64,000 nucleotides of DNA from an uncultured Planctomycetota bacterium (GCA_963823665.1 CAWGMQ010000010.1:2336001-2400000), one strand, 5' to 3'. Counted from the stretch's first letter, positions 10,334 to 21,220 are shown. Notes: generated by a model not told the origin, from the letters alone. Translations and numbers: made by a program.

Positions 10334-10903
10334 TCAGTCGATCAGCCCGCGTCCCTCTTTGCGCAGGCGGTGAAGGACGCGGTACTTGGCGATCCGAACG
10401 GCGTTGATGCTCATACCCAGTTCGGATGCGACCTCGGCCGGCGGCCGGCTCTCGATCACCTGGAGGCGAAAGGCGGCCCAGGTCACCGGGCTGAACTCGG
10501 GTTCCATGAGCACGAGCAGGCGACGGGCCACGAACTCATCGTGCTCGCGGTCCCAGGCCTCGGCAAGGTCACTCTCGGGGTCTTCGAGCTGTGCCCATAA
10601 CGCCGGCGGTGCCTCGCCGGGCCGGGAGCGGCGGGACCTCCTCCAGAACGTGGACAGTTGCTGCGCGGTGGTCGTGCGGAGCCAGCGGCGGAAGGAGCCG
10701 GTCTGACCGGTGTGGATAAATGTGGGAATCGCGCGGACGACGGCGCCCAGGATTTCCTGCACGAGGTCATCCTCGTCGGCCTCCTGGAGGGCGCGACGGA
10801 GCCAGCGGCGGATGAGCGGCGAATACAGATCGACGAGCCTATGCCACGATGCCGCGTCGGTCGGGTCTCGAAGCCGCTCGATGAGACTGAGCGGTGTATC
10901 CAT
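10334..10903 (-). CDS. ECF (sigma-70 family) RNA polymerase sigma factor
   Basis: TPLSLIERL...DDLVQE, FRRWLRT, region 4 EVASELGMSINAVRIAKYRVL. Confidence 0.9.
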   Translation of the reverse strand: MDTPLSLIERLRDPTDAASWHRLVDLYSPLIRRWLRRALQEADEDDLVQEILGAVVRAIPTFIHTGQTGSFRRWLRTTTAQQLSTFWRRSRRSRPGEAPPALWAQLEDPESDLAEAWDREHDEFVARRLLVLMEPEFSPVTWAAFRLQVIESRPPAEVASELGMSINAVRIAKYRVLHRLRKEGRGLID

Positions 10904-11023
10904 CGCAGAGCCTTTGAATGGTTTCATGATGGCAGGCGCGGCGTTCCAGGTCAAGCGAGAGATTTCCGGAACAGAAAAGCGCTTTATCGCGCCGGGCAGG
11001 CGGGGAAGCGAATTGGGGTGCGG

Positions 11024-11380
11024 TCATGGTCCGTATCCTTCTATTAGCGCTTGTTGTTGCGCTCTGGGCCATTGACCAGGCGGGTCGGCGAGGAACTGGT
11101 CGAGATAGGAGAGGTAGGCTTGGGCCACACGGGCGCGGGCCGCCAGGTCGGCCTGAGTTAGTCCGCGGGCCTCGCGGGCGGCACGGATCATCTGGCCCAG
11201 GGTTGTGGCACCCTCGGCCGCGGCTTGGTGCCGCCGCTTTTCCGTCAAGAGCCGGCGGCCCTCGGCGAGGATCTCGTCCTTGTCGTTCTCAACCAGCTCG
11301 CGCAGACGGCGCGCCTCAGCGGCTTCGTCCTCGGTGAGTTTTCGCGGAGTGACGAGGCGGTGGACTTTCTTGGACGGCAT
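11024..11380 (-). pseudogene. XRE-family HTH antitoxin-like gene, apparently truncated after the recognition helix
   Basis: IRAAREARGLTQADLAARARVAQAYLSYL, then similarity is lost near 11095. Confidence 0.55.
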
Positions 11381-11440
11381 GGCTGCTCCCGTTATTCCTC
11401 GATGTCGTAGGCCGTGACAGGCTCGAGGGTGTCCGACGTG

Positions 11441-11857
11441 CTACCGCGTCGATGCTTTCGAGGATTTGCTTCCCCGCGCGGCTTTGGCGGCTGAACTTTT
11501 GCGAGTCGAGGATTTGGCAATCCTGGCGATCGACGTTGTTGCGGTGTGTTCGTCCATGAGTGGGCCGGTCAGGTCGGCGAGCGTGCCCCCGAGGACGAAC
11601 AGCAGCATCACCATCGCATCCAGCGTTACTCGGGGCGAGCAGTTCTCGATTTTCGCCACCCGCGATTGATCCACGCGGGCCATGGCGGCGAGCTGCTCCT
11701 GCGTGATCCTGCGCTGCGCGCGCAGACGACGAATGGCCATAGCCGTCGTGATTTTCAGGTCGATCAGGAGCGACTCCCCTTCGCTGAGGCCGAGGAAATC
11801 CGCGGTGTCCCCCTCTACCCAACCCGGCTTTCGGTGCAGGTCTCTGAACTTGCCCAT
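11441..11857 (-). CDS. HigA-like XRE HTH antitoxin
   Basis: WVEGDTADFLGLS...ITQEQLAAMARVDQSRVAKIE; directly downstream of RelE-type toxin. Confidence 0.8.
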   Translation of the reverse strand: MGKFRDLHRKPGWVEGDTADFLGLSEGESLLIDLKITTAMAIRRLRAQRRITQEQLAAMARVDQSRVAKIENCSPRVTLDAMVMLLFVLGGTLADLTGPLMDEHTATTSIARIAKSSTRKSSAAKAARGSKSSKASTR

Positions 11858-11875
11858 TGTTTCATTCCCTCCCGG

Positions 11876-12227
11876 TCAATGATCGCTCTCATCATACCGA
11901 CGAAGCCGCGATTTGCATTGGTCGATCACGGCTTTCGGCGTCTGCCGCGATGTTTTCATGAAGACCTCGACAAATACGATCGAATTTGCGTCGATGCGAT
12001 AGCTAATCCGCCAGTTGTGAGCCTCGTCGCGGACACGGAGCTCGTGACATTGTGGACCGATTGAAGGCATCGGGCGCGAATGCAGCATCCCGAGCATCTC
12101 TCCGACCTGTAGGCGTCTCAAGAGCATGCCCGCCTCGCGTCTGCCTTCGTTGGAGAAGGGCGGAGACTTGACCTCGCCCTTCAACCAATGCAGTCGTTTG
12201 ACCTCGGCGGGTCACGTGCTCATCCAT
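11876..12227 (-). CDS. RelE/HigB (Gp49-like) type II toxin; 5' end disrupted (indel or TGA)
   Basis: WLKGEVKSPPFS...REAG.LLRRLQ.GE...HSRPMPSIG..CHELRVRD...WRI.YRID. Confidence 0.8.
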
Positions 12228-12233
12228 GAGGTT

Positions 12234-12251
12234 TAGGACAAAATGGTCATA
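12234..12251 (-). promoter_or_regulatory. Imperfect palindrome, probable TA operator
   Basis: Minus strand TATGAC-CATTTT-GTCCTA just upstream of the toxin start. Confidence 0.5.
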
Positions 12252-12306
12252 ATGTTAATACGATTCGGCGGCATTGACCGGGAAAGAATTGGTGGCAGTT
12301 TCGGCT

Positions 12307-12891
12307 TCAGGCGATCAGGTCGCCCATCTGCTCACGGAGCCGGCGGAGGACGTGCGATTTGGCCAGGCGGACGGCATTGGGGGTGATTCCTAGCTCGGCG
12401 GCGACTTCCGCTGTCGCGCGGCACTCGACCGTTGCTTGCCAGAACGCCGTCCAGGTCCGGCCCTCGACCTGGTGCTGAACCATGCGCAGGGCCCGGTCGT
12501 ACAGCCCGGTGACGTCGGCCGGGCTCTCCGAGAGCTCGAACGCGTCCGCCTGCGCGGGGACCTGCTGGAGCCGGATCTGGGCATCCGTTCCGCCGATGGC
12601 AGGCTCCTCGCGGTCGCGCGCGAGATCCACGAGTTTGTGCCGCGTGATCCCGCGCATCCAGCTTCGGAAGGTCGTCTCCGGCTGATCGAGTCGGAATTGA
12701 CCGAGGGCCGAGGCGACCGCCGCGAAGACCTCCTGCGTGACGTCGGCGACCGCGTGCTCGGCGATCCCCGCTTGTCGGCACCAGCCTTGGACCAGCGGGG
12801 AGTACAGTTTCACGAGACGCTCCCAGGCTTCCGGTTCGCGCGCGATGGCACGGCGGAAGAGAGAGAAGGACGTCGGATCTGGGGAATCCAA
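12307..12891 (-). CDS. Second ECF sigma factor (start uncertain)
   Basis: TSFSLFRRA...WERLVKLYSPL, DVTQEVF, FRSWMRGITR, EVAAELGITPNAVRLAKSHVL. Confidence 0.88.
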   Translation of the reverse strand: MDSPDPTSFSLFRRAIAREPEAWERLVKLYSPLVQGWCRQAGIAEHAVADVTQEVFAAVASALGQFRLDQPETTFRSWMRGITRHKLVDLARDREEPAIGGTDAQIRLQQVPAQADAFELSESPADVTGLYDRALRMVQHQVEGRTWTAFWQATVECRATAEVAAELGITPNAVRLAKSHVLRRLREQMGDLIA

Positions 12892-13400
12892 GGCGATTTT
12901 CTTCACCACTTCTGTTCGCGCCGCATGCATCGGGGTCCGGGCTCGCCACGCGTGGCGCGGGACTGGATGATCCTTGATCGCAGACCGCTTCAAATCCTAC
13001 TGTTAAGATCAAGATTAAGATTAGGATCAGGATTCCGACGCGTGCAGTTTACAGTAGTGTACAACTGCTTTATGGCCCTCGTGATATTGCCACTTTTTGC
13101 CATTTTTTCGAGGACTACAGCGATTGGTTCGGGTGGAGTTTCTGTTCTGTAAATGCAATGAGCGTAATCAAATGGGAATAGAGGGAGGCGTTCTTCGGCG
13201 ATGGAAAGAATCTCTTGGCACGGGCCACGCAAAATTGCCATTTTCAATCGCGGGTGTTGTTCACTATGTTTTGGGCCGTGTTTTTGCAGCACTGGGAGGG
13301 AGATTCTCGCTGCCTGGGGCGAGCGAACTTCGCTGCGCCCAAGCCCCCCTTCGCCGCCTGCGGCGGCATCTGCTCCACAACGGGTGGAGGAGTGCCCGAT

Positions 13401-13470
13401 CACTTTCGCGGAGCGCAGGGCGACATTCGGGTATGTGGGGGGAGACACTTTCGCGGAGCGAAAGGCCACA
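13401..13470. repeat. Two copies of palindromic repeat CACTTTCGCGGAGCG(A/C)A(A/G)GG
   Basis: Copies at 13401 and 13446; two more at 38599 and 38645. Confidence 0.75.
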
Positions 13471-13571
13471 GTGGGGGACGCATTCGTGTTGCAGGGGGGG
13501 CGCGGCGGGCCGGGAGCGCGGTTGGGGTGCGAAAGTGAATGCGACCCAGGTGGCGTAATGCCATATTGATT

Positions 13572-13592
13572 GGTGGGTTGCACCCACCCTAC
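13572..13592 (-). repeat. GTAG-type REP (GTAG GGTGGGT GCA ACCCACC)
   Basis: Perfect 7-bp stem preceded by GTAG on the minus strand. Confidence 0.6.
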
Positions 13593-13768
13593 GGGGAGAC
13601 CGGGCTCGGCGGTTGCGCTCGGTGCGTTTGACTCGCCATATTGTGCTTGCTGGGTTCCTGTGGTTGGGTTATTGTCCCCACTCGCTCCATTTCGACGTGA
13701 CGGCAAGGGCGCTTGGGACGGATCCGGATTAGTCGCCTCGCATGATGCGAGGGAGGGGAGGGATTCCC

Positions 13769-15060
13769 ATGGTTCGCAACCGCGTTCGACGGTATGCACT
13801 TGGACTGGCCGGTGTGGCCCTGATTCCTCCGCTCCTGTGGATCGGGGTGGTTCTGATCGCGCCCACGGCGTGGGCGCGCAGGCATGTTGCCGCGGCGCTG
13901 GCAGCAAGCAGCGGGCGATCTGTTGCCCTTTCCGGCTTGACGGTGCCGCTTTTGGGCGGAGTCGAGTTCAGGGGCCTCTCCTTCGGATCACCCAAGAACA
14001 CGGACGACCCCTGGCTGAAGGCCGAGCACGTTCGGCTCGATGTCAGCGCGTGCCGGCTGCTCATGGGGAAGATCGGGCCTTGCTCGATTGACATCGACGG
14101 CTGCGCCATGCGCGTGCTGCGGCGGCTGACGGGAGCCTCGAGCTGGCCGACTTCATCTTGCCGCCGCCACGAGAAGACAGCCGGCGGCCGCACGAAGAAG
14201 ATGAAGCCGAGCGGATCGACGTTCAATTTCGCAACGCGACGGTGGCGGTGATCGATGAACCCTCGAAGAGTGTGCTGCACCTGCGGAACGTTGAAGGCGA
14301 CGCGTCGCGGGAAGGCAAGCGAGTCGTGGTGAACAACATGAGGGGCAATCTCAACGGCGGACCATTTCAATTCTCGGGACAGCTCGACCGCTCCGGAGGC
14401 GAGCTCGCGCTCGAGCTGAAATTTCGGGCCGAGAAAGTGGTGCTGGACGACGGAATGAGGCTGATTCGCTACGTTGTTCCGGTGCTGGCCGACTCGACGC
14501 TGGATCTCAAGGGGCAGCTCGATTCCGACTTGCACATTCAGGGCAAAGGAAAGACGTGGGAGACGATGAGCCGCACTCTCGCCGGCCGCGGGGCGGTTGC
14601 GATCAACCCGATTGATCTGGATGGCTCGCCGGTCGTCACAGAGCTGTCGAAAATCGTGGATCTCAAACGGCAAGGGCGGGTTGCGTCGATCAAGAGCGAC
14701 TTCGCGATCGGCAATCGACGCGTCACGACCGACCATTTCGTCCTGGATGTCGGCCGCGTGGCCTTGTCGCTGGCGGGCTGGACCGACTTCGACGGCAACC
14801 TCGAATACCGCATCAATCTGAACGGTCTTGATGACCGGCTCCCGGACACGGCCCGCCGCTTCTTGAGCGATCTCAACGTGGAAATGAAGACGCTCAAGGT
14901 GCTCACGCTCCGCGGCACGATCAACCAGATGGTGGTGGAGCTGAACGGCGTATCGCTCGATCGGGATCTGCTGCGTGAAGCCAACGTGAAGCTCAAGAAG
15001 CAGGATCGAGAGAAATTGCGAGTTCTGGGCAAGAAGCTGCTGGATGAACTTGTTCGTTGA
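13769..15060 (+). CDS. AsmA-like protein (frameshift near 14130-14160)
   Basis: N-terminal TM plus beta-rich ORF 14158-15060 with GWTDFDG.LEY; two ORFs join. Confidence 0.65.
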
Positions 15061-15072
15061 GTGAACGGGATC

Positions 15073-15150
15073 GTCAGGCTAAAGCCTGACCTACGGGATT
15101 GTCAGGCTGAAGCCTGACCTACTTAATCGTCAGGCTGGAGCCTGAGCTAC
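15073..15150 (-). repeat. Three tandem GTAG-type REPs, 28-bp period
   Basis: GTCAGGCT-NN-AGCCTGA(C/G)CTAC at 15073, 15101, 15129; related copy at 36322. Confidence 0.85.
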
Positions 15151-15205
15151 GGCGCGGCTTGATTCAGGGGGGGGCGTGGTCTACAATCCTCACGGCGGGG
15201 GGCGG

Positions 15206-15769
15206 ATGGGCAAAGAATCGCTCGAGCAGACGAAGGGAATGCGGATGCCGAAGCGGGTTCGAACGGTCGCGCTCGCGGTGTGGCCCGGCCTGGCGCAGGT
15301 GTGGCTGGGCCAGGAGGTACTGGGATTATTTTTGGGGGTTTGCTTCGCGCTGTCGCTGAATCTTGCGATTGTATCTCGCTGGATCTGGAAAGAGATTTTC
15401 GCGTCGGGGTGGAGTGACTTTTTTTTTATTGTTGCCGCGGCTTGGTGGGTTGCGAGTCTGGCTTATACTTTGTGGTGGATCGTGATCTGCCATCCGGACC
15501 GGCACCGGGTGGAGATCGACCGGTTGTTCCGTGAAGCGCAAGAGGCTTACTTGCAAGGGAGGTGGCGGGATTCAAAGCGGCGGCTCGAGCGGATCTTGTC
15601 GTGGGACGAGACGGATGCCGACGCGCTTTTGCAGTTGGCGACACTTTACCAGCGAACCGATCAGCCGGACCTGGCTCGCCAGGCGCTGCAACAGTGTTTA
15701 CAATTAAAGCAAGGTGAAAAGTGGCGTTGGGAGATCCAGCAAGCACTCGCCAGACTGGGAGGCAAATAA
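15206..15769 (+). CDS. Membrane-anchored TPR protein (start could be 15239/15245)
   Basis: WPGL.Q.W TM segments followed by TPR-like helices (DADALLQLATLY). Confidence 0.7.
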   Translation: MGKESLEQTKGMRMPKRVRTVALAVWPGLAQVWLGQEVLGLFLGVCFALSLNLAIVSRWIWKEIFASGWSDFFFIVAAAWWVASLAYTLWWIVICHPDRHRVEIDRLFREAQEAYLQGRWRDSKRRLERILSWDETDADALLQLATLYQRTDQPDLARQALQQCLQLKQGEKWRWEIQQALARLGGK

Positions 15770-15830
15770 GCGCATCTCGCTGGGAAAAAAGGCCGCTGGA
15801 AGTTGATTATCGGATCGGAGTAGACCCGCA

Positions 15831-18363
15831 ATGTTTGAGCGCTTCACCGACCGTGCTCGTAAGGTCATGCATCTAGCCAATCAGGAGGCGCAGCGATTCA
15901 ATCACGAGTACGTCGGAACCGAGCACATGTTACTCGGCCTGATCAAGGAGGGGAGCGGTGTTGCCGCGAACGTCCTCAAGAATCTTGAAATCGATCTGCG
16001 GAAGATTCGCAACGAAGTCGAGAAGATAGTTCAGGCCGGCCCGGAAATGGTCACGATGGGGAAGCTTCCCCAGACTCCTCGAGCCAAGAAGGCGATCGAG
16101 TATGCGATCGAGGAGGCCCGCAATCTGAACCACAATTACGTGGGGACCGAACACCTTCTTCTGGGGCTCTTACGGGAGCAGGAAGGGGTGGCTGCCCAGG
16201 TGCTGTTGAACCTGCAACTGAAATTGGACGAAGTGCGCGAGGAGGTATTGAACTTGCTCGGTCACGGGATGGACGCTGGCGGCGAGAGCGAACGCGGTGC
16301 CACGTCAAAAGGCAACAAGTCCAAGACACCTGCCTTGGACTCTTTCGGGCGCGACCTGACCGACCTGGCCCGGCAAGCCAAGCTCGACCCGGTCATCGGC
16401 CGCCACAATGAAATCGAGCGTGTGATACAAGTGCTCTCGCGGCGCACCAAGAACAATCCGGTGCTGCTGGGAGAGGCCGGGGTCGGCAAGACGGCGATTG
16501 TCGAGGGCCTGGCCCAGATGATCGTCGACGGCAACGTCCCGGAGCTTCTGCGCGACCGCCGGATCGTGGTTCTGGATCTGGCCATGATGGTCGCCGGCAC
16601 CAAGTATCGCGGCCAGTTCGAAGAGCGAATCAAGGCCGTGATGAACGAAGTTCGCCGCGCCAAGAACACGATTCTGTTCATCGACGAGCTGCACACGCTC
16701 GTCGGCGCCGGCGGAGCGGAAGGGGCGATCGACGCTTCGAACGTGCTGAAGCCGGCCCTGGCGCGGGGCGAGGTGCAGTGCATCGGCGCGACCACGCTCG
16801 ATGAATACCGCAAGTACATCGAGAAAGACGGCGCGTTAGAGCGTCGGTTCCAGACGATCCTGGTCGAGCCGCCCAGCAAGGCCGAAGCGCTCGAGATTCT
16901 GCGCGGCCTGCGAGACCGGTATGAGGCCCACCACCGCGTGCAGATCACCGACGAGGCGCTCGAGGCCTCGGTCGATCTCTCCGATCGGTATATTACCGGG
17001 CGCTGCCTGCCGGATAAAGCGATCGACGTCGTCGATGAAGCCGGTGCGCGAGTTCGGCTGAAGGCGATGACTCGACCGCCCGATCTGAAAGATCTGGACG
17101 AGCAGATCGAGCGGCTCAATCAAGACAAGGAAGAAGCGGTCGCCAACCAGGATTTTGAGCGGGCCGCGTCGCTGCGAGATCAGGCCGACAAGCTCAAGAA
17201 GCGCAAGGAGACGATCACCCGCGAGTGGCGAGAGCGCTCCAAGGAAATCGACGGCACGGTGGACGAAGAGGTTGTCGCCGAGGTTGTGAGCAAGATGACG
17301 GGCATTCCGCTCACGCGGCTCGAGACCGAAGAAACCGCCCGTCTCTTGCACATGGAACAAGATATCCAGAAGAGGGTCATCTCGCAGACCGAGGCGATCA
17401 AGCGGATCAGCGAGGCCGTGCGGCGCAGCCGGGCGGGCCTCAAGGACCCCAAGCGCCCGATCGGCAGCTTCATCTTCGCGGGCCCGACCGGCGTCGGCAA
17501 AACGCTGCTGGCGAAAGCCCTGGCCGAGTTCATGTTCGGCGACGCCGACGCGCTGATCCAGATCGACATGTCCGAGTACATGGAAAAGCACAATGTCTCG
17601 CGGCTGATCGGCGCGCCGCCGGGCTACATCGGCTACGAAGAAGGCGGCCAGCTTACCGAGAAGATCCGCCGCCGGCCGTATGCGGTGGTCCTGCTCGACG
17701 AAATCGAAAAAGCCCACCCGGATGTCTACAACACCCTGCTCCAGATCATGGAAGAGGGGCGTTTGACCGACAGCTTCGGGCGCAACGTCGATTTCAAGAA
17801 CACGATCATCATCATGACGACCAACGCCGGTGCCGAGGTGACGTCGTACACCAACATCTTCGGGTTCGACCGCGGCCGTGACGAGGCGGGCAGTTACGAG
17901 CAGATGAAAGAGCGGCTCAAAGTCGCAATCGAGAAGTACTTCCGGCCCGAGTTCCTGAACCGGCTCGATGACGTGATCGTCTTCCATGCCCTCAACAAGG
18001 AAGACCTGAAGCGCATCGTCGATATCGAGCTTGCCAAGATCCGGGGCCGCATGGCCGATCGGGGACTGGAGCTGGTGCTCGACGACAAGTCCAAGGAATT
18101 CTTGATTACCAAGGGCTACAACCCGGACTACGGGGCTCGCCCCCTACGACGCGCAATCGAAAACCTGATCGAGAATCCGTTGAGCGAAGAAATCCTCCGA
18201 AACTCCTTCAAGGGCAAGGATATGGTGAGCGCCGTCGTCACGCGGCGAAGGCGAAGCCAGAAAGCTCACGTTCGTGGCGACGAACAAGAAGGAGCGTGAG
18301 GAAGCCGCGCTGGTTGCTGTCGGGGAAGAAAATACTGGCGGAGGTGCCGGCTCGGAACCGTGA
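15831..18363 (+). CDS. clpC: ATP-dependent Clp protease ATP-binding subunit ClpC (indel near 18245)
   Basis: [12 protein letters not shown], two Walker A motifs ([16 protein letters not shown]), UVR segment, GARPLRR; alternative frame ends TGA 18361-18363. Confidence 0.93.
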
Positions 18364-18426
18364 TGAGGGGGGGCTCGGCCGCCGGAATGCACCCCCCCTA
18401 ACCCTCCGCGGAGCGTCGGGGGGAGA

Positions 18427-18449
18427 GTTCCCACGCGGAGCGTGGGAAC
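18427..18449. repeat. Palindrome GTTCCCACGCGGAGCGTGGGAAC (REP-like; possible terminator between convergent genes)
   Basis: 10-bp perfect stem with GGA loop; variant at 30519-30540. Confidence 0.65.
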
Positions 18450-18499
18450 GTGTATTCGAATTGTCCGTGATTGGGCGGCATCGACCGCACGCCGGACGT

Positions 18500-20899
18500 C
18501 AGGACATGCGTTCGCCTGGGGTGACCAGTGCAGGCTGCTCATCCAGGGCGCAGCGCGTGCCGTCTCGCGCTTGATTCGCTCGAGCAGTACCACGAACGCC
18601 GGGACCAGGATCGGCCGCACCAGGAACGTGTCGAGCAGGACGCCCAGTCCGAGTGCAAACCCCAGCTCGCGCAGCGAGGTCAAGCGGCCGGTGAGCATCG
18701 ATCCGAAGGTGCCGGCCATGATCAAGCCGCACGAGCTGATGATGCCGCCGGTGTGGGCCACGGCAAGCCTCGTCCCTTCGATCGTGCCGTGGCTGCGCTC
18801 CTCTTCGATCACCCGGGCCATGAGGAAGATGTTGTAATCCTCGCCGACTGCCACCAGGATCACGAACAGGAAGAACGCGACGGTCCAGTCCAGACCGATC
18901 CATGGGTCGGCTCCGTGGTGCAGCGCCCGGAAGAGAAGATCGGTCAAGCCGAGCGAGGCCAGGTAGCCGAGCACGACGGTGGCGATCAGATAGAGGCAGA
19001 TCCCGGGGCGTCGCAAGAGCACGACCAGGATGACATAGACGCCGACCGTGACCAGCACGTACATCCTGCGCTGGTCTGCGCCGGTGACGGACTTGAGGTC
19101 GTGGAGCATCGAGCTGGACCCGGCGATACCGATGGTCGCGGTTCCGGCCAGAGGCTCTCCGGGACGGGATGCGGATCGAAGCGTCGCCTGCACTTCTTCG
19201 AGCGATTGAAGGCTGGCCTCGGAGAAGGGGTCGGTCTTGAAGACGAGGTCGAGCCGCGTGATGTGGTTGCGGTCGGCGGGGGAGGCAGGCTGAGTGCCGA
19301 CGTACCGCGACTCGGCCCCCAGGCTGACGGCCGAGCCGGCGATCCGATTCAGGAACCCGGAATTGGCCGCGGCGGCCGGTGGCTTGCCCAGCGGCTGAGT
19401 GAGCGAGCGAACCTCGGCGATATTGCCGATCGCGAGCAGCCTGCGCGAAAGCTCGGCAATGGTTTCGCGACCCTCCGGCGAGCGGAAGTCGATTGAGGGA
19501 TGATGCACGAGCGCCGCGGCGGGGCTCAATTCGCCGACGGCGAAATAACGTCTGACCGTGTTCGTGCCGACGACGCTGGGCGTATCCGGGTCGAGGTCGC
19601 TCAACTGGCTGTAGCTCGAGACGGCCCGGGCACCGATCACGGCCAGGGGCAGCAGCACGAGCAGGCAGACCGAGAGAATCGGCAGCGGCTGGGCGACAAC
19701 CAGGTCGGCGACGCGAGCCCAGAATCCATGCGCAGGCCGACCGCCGTTTTGTGCCTTCGGGCTTTCCAGATCACCGCTCTCGACGGCGGCGGAGAGGTGG
19801 GGCGCGCGGAAAGGCCAGAAGATCGTTCTGCCAAAGATTGCGAGCAAGGCGGGGGCCAGTGTCAAAGCCGCGACCAGGGCCACTGCCAGCGACAGCGCGA
19901 TCGTCGGGCCGGTGTACTTCACCTTGGCAAATGACGAGAAATAAAGCATGCCCAGGCCGAGGATCACCGTGCCCGCGCTCGCGACAGCGCGGCACCGACC
20001 TGAGAGATCGCTTCGTCGAGCGCAGCCTGACGCGACTTGCGATGGTGCAGCTCCTCGCAATAACGCGCGATCAAGAACAGACAGTAATCCGTTCCGGCGC
20101 CGAAGAGAACCACGATCACGAAGACACGGGTGATGTTGATGACGGTGAACCCGAGCCCGGGGACGAACGTCAAGAGGGCGATCAACCGCAGCGAGACAAA
20201 AACCGAGAGCACGATCGTGATCAAAGGAATCATCGCCAGGAGCGGCGAGCGATAGACGATGAGCAAGATCAACACGACCAGGCCGACGGTGCTGTAGGTC
20301 GTGTTGTTGATGCTCTGGGTGGCGGCGACGTTGGTGTCGCGGCCGACGGCGGCCGAGCCGGTCCTGGCCAGCTCGAGCCCGGCGGGAGGCCGCGGCCCCT
20401 CTTCCTTCAGCCACTTCAGGATCCGATCGACGGCAATTCGCGTCTTCTTGGAAAGATAGGTACCCTGGAACCTGACAATCACGAGCGCGGCGTGTTGCGT
20501 TCCTTGTGCGTCTCTGCCGATCAGCCGCGGGCCGATGAGCGGAGTGGCCGGCGAATCCGGGCGCTTCTCGATGCCGAGCGCGGGATTGGCTTGCGTGAAG
20601 TCGAAGAGCTTTGAGGCAACATCATCGGCGTGACGGAGGTCATCCGGTGTCACGGCCCGATCTTTGCGTTCGTAGACCAATACGAGCTGTGAGCTTGACG
20701 CGTCCCTGGGAAAGCCGCGTTCGAGGAGGTCTTGCCCGATCACGCTGGTTGATCCGGGGGGAAAGAATCGGACGTCGTCGTCCTTGGTGACGTCTTCCCA
20801 GCGCGGGCCGAACACGAACAGGGCCGAGGTCAGCGCGAGCCACACCAGAACAACGGCCCAGGGGCGGCGCAGCACCACGCCTGAAAGGAACGAGAACAT
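18500..20899 (-). CDS. MMPL/RND-family membrane transporter (frameshift near 19975; 3' end approximate)
   Basis: GAGTDYCLFLIARY and VAVGEDYNIFLMAR motifs in the two halves. Confidence 0.85.
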
Positions 20900-21092
20900 G
20901 AGAGCTTAGGTTTCCCGAACTCCAGCGGGTCCCGGCCGGTCGTCTCGACACTCGCGAGCCAGCTTAACTTGCCTGATCATCCATTCCGGCCTGGATGTGA
21001 GAAGACAGAAACATAGTCGATCGCAGCCTTGAATGTCAAAAAGAAATGGCCGCTCGTGCTGGAACAATTCTCGATTGGCGGGTCGGCCGCCT

Positions 21093-21220
21093 GGAGACCT
21101 GCGGTCGGTGAGGAGGGCGGGGTCAGGAGACCCGCGCCCAACAACCCCGGAGGGCGGGGTCAGGAGGCCCGCGCCCAACAACCCCGGAGGGCGGGGTCAG
21201 GAGACCCGCGCCCAACAACC
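21093..21220 (-). repeat. Three tandem REP variants (37-bp period) related to the RAYT-flanking REP
   Basis: GGAGGGCGGGGTCAGGAG(A/G)CCCGCGCCCAACAACC at 21112, 21149, 21186; led by GGAGACCTGCGGTC. Confidence 0.85.

Noticed and set aside
11024..12300. Integron cassette array explanation for stacked TA genes
   Set aside because: No recognisable attC sites or integrase in the window
12990..13907. 305-aa minus-strand ORF
   Set aside because: Runs through REP palindromes and antisense to the AsmA-like start; no protein motif
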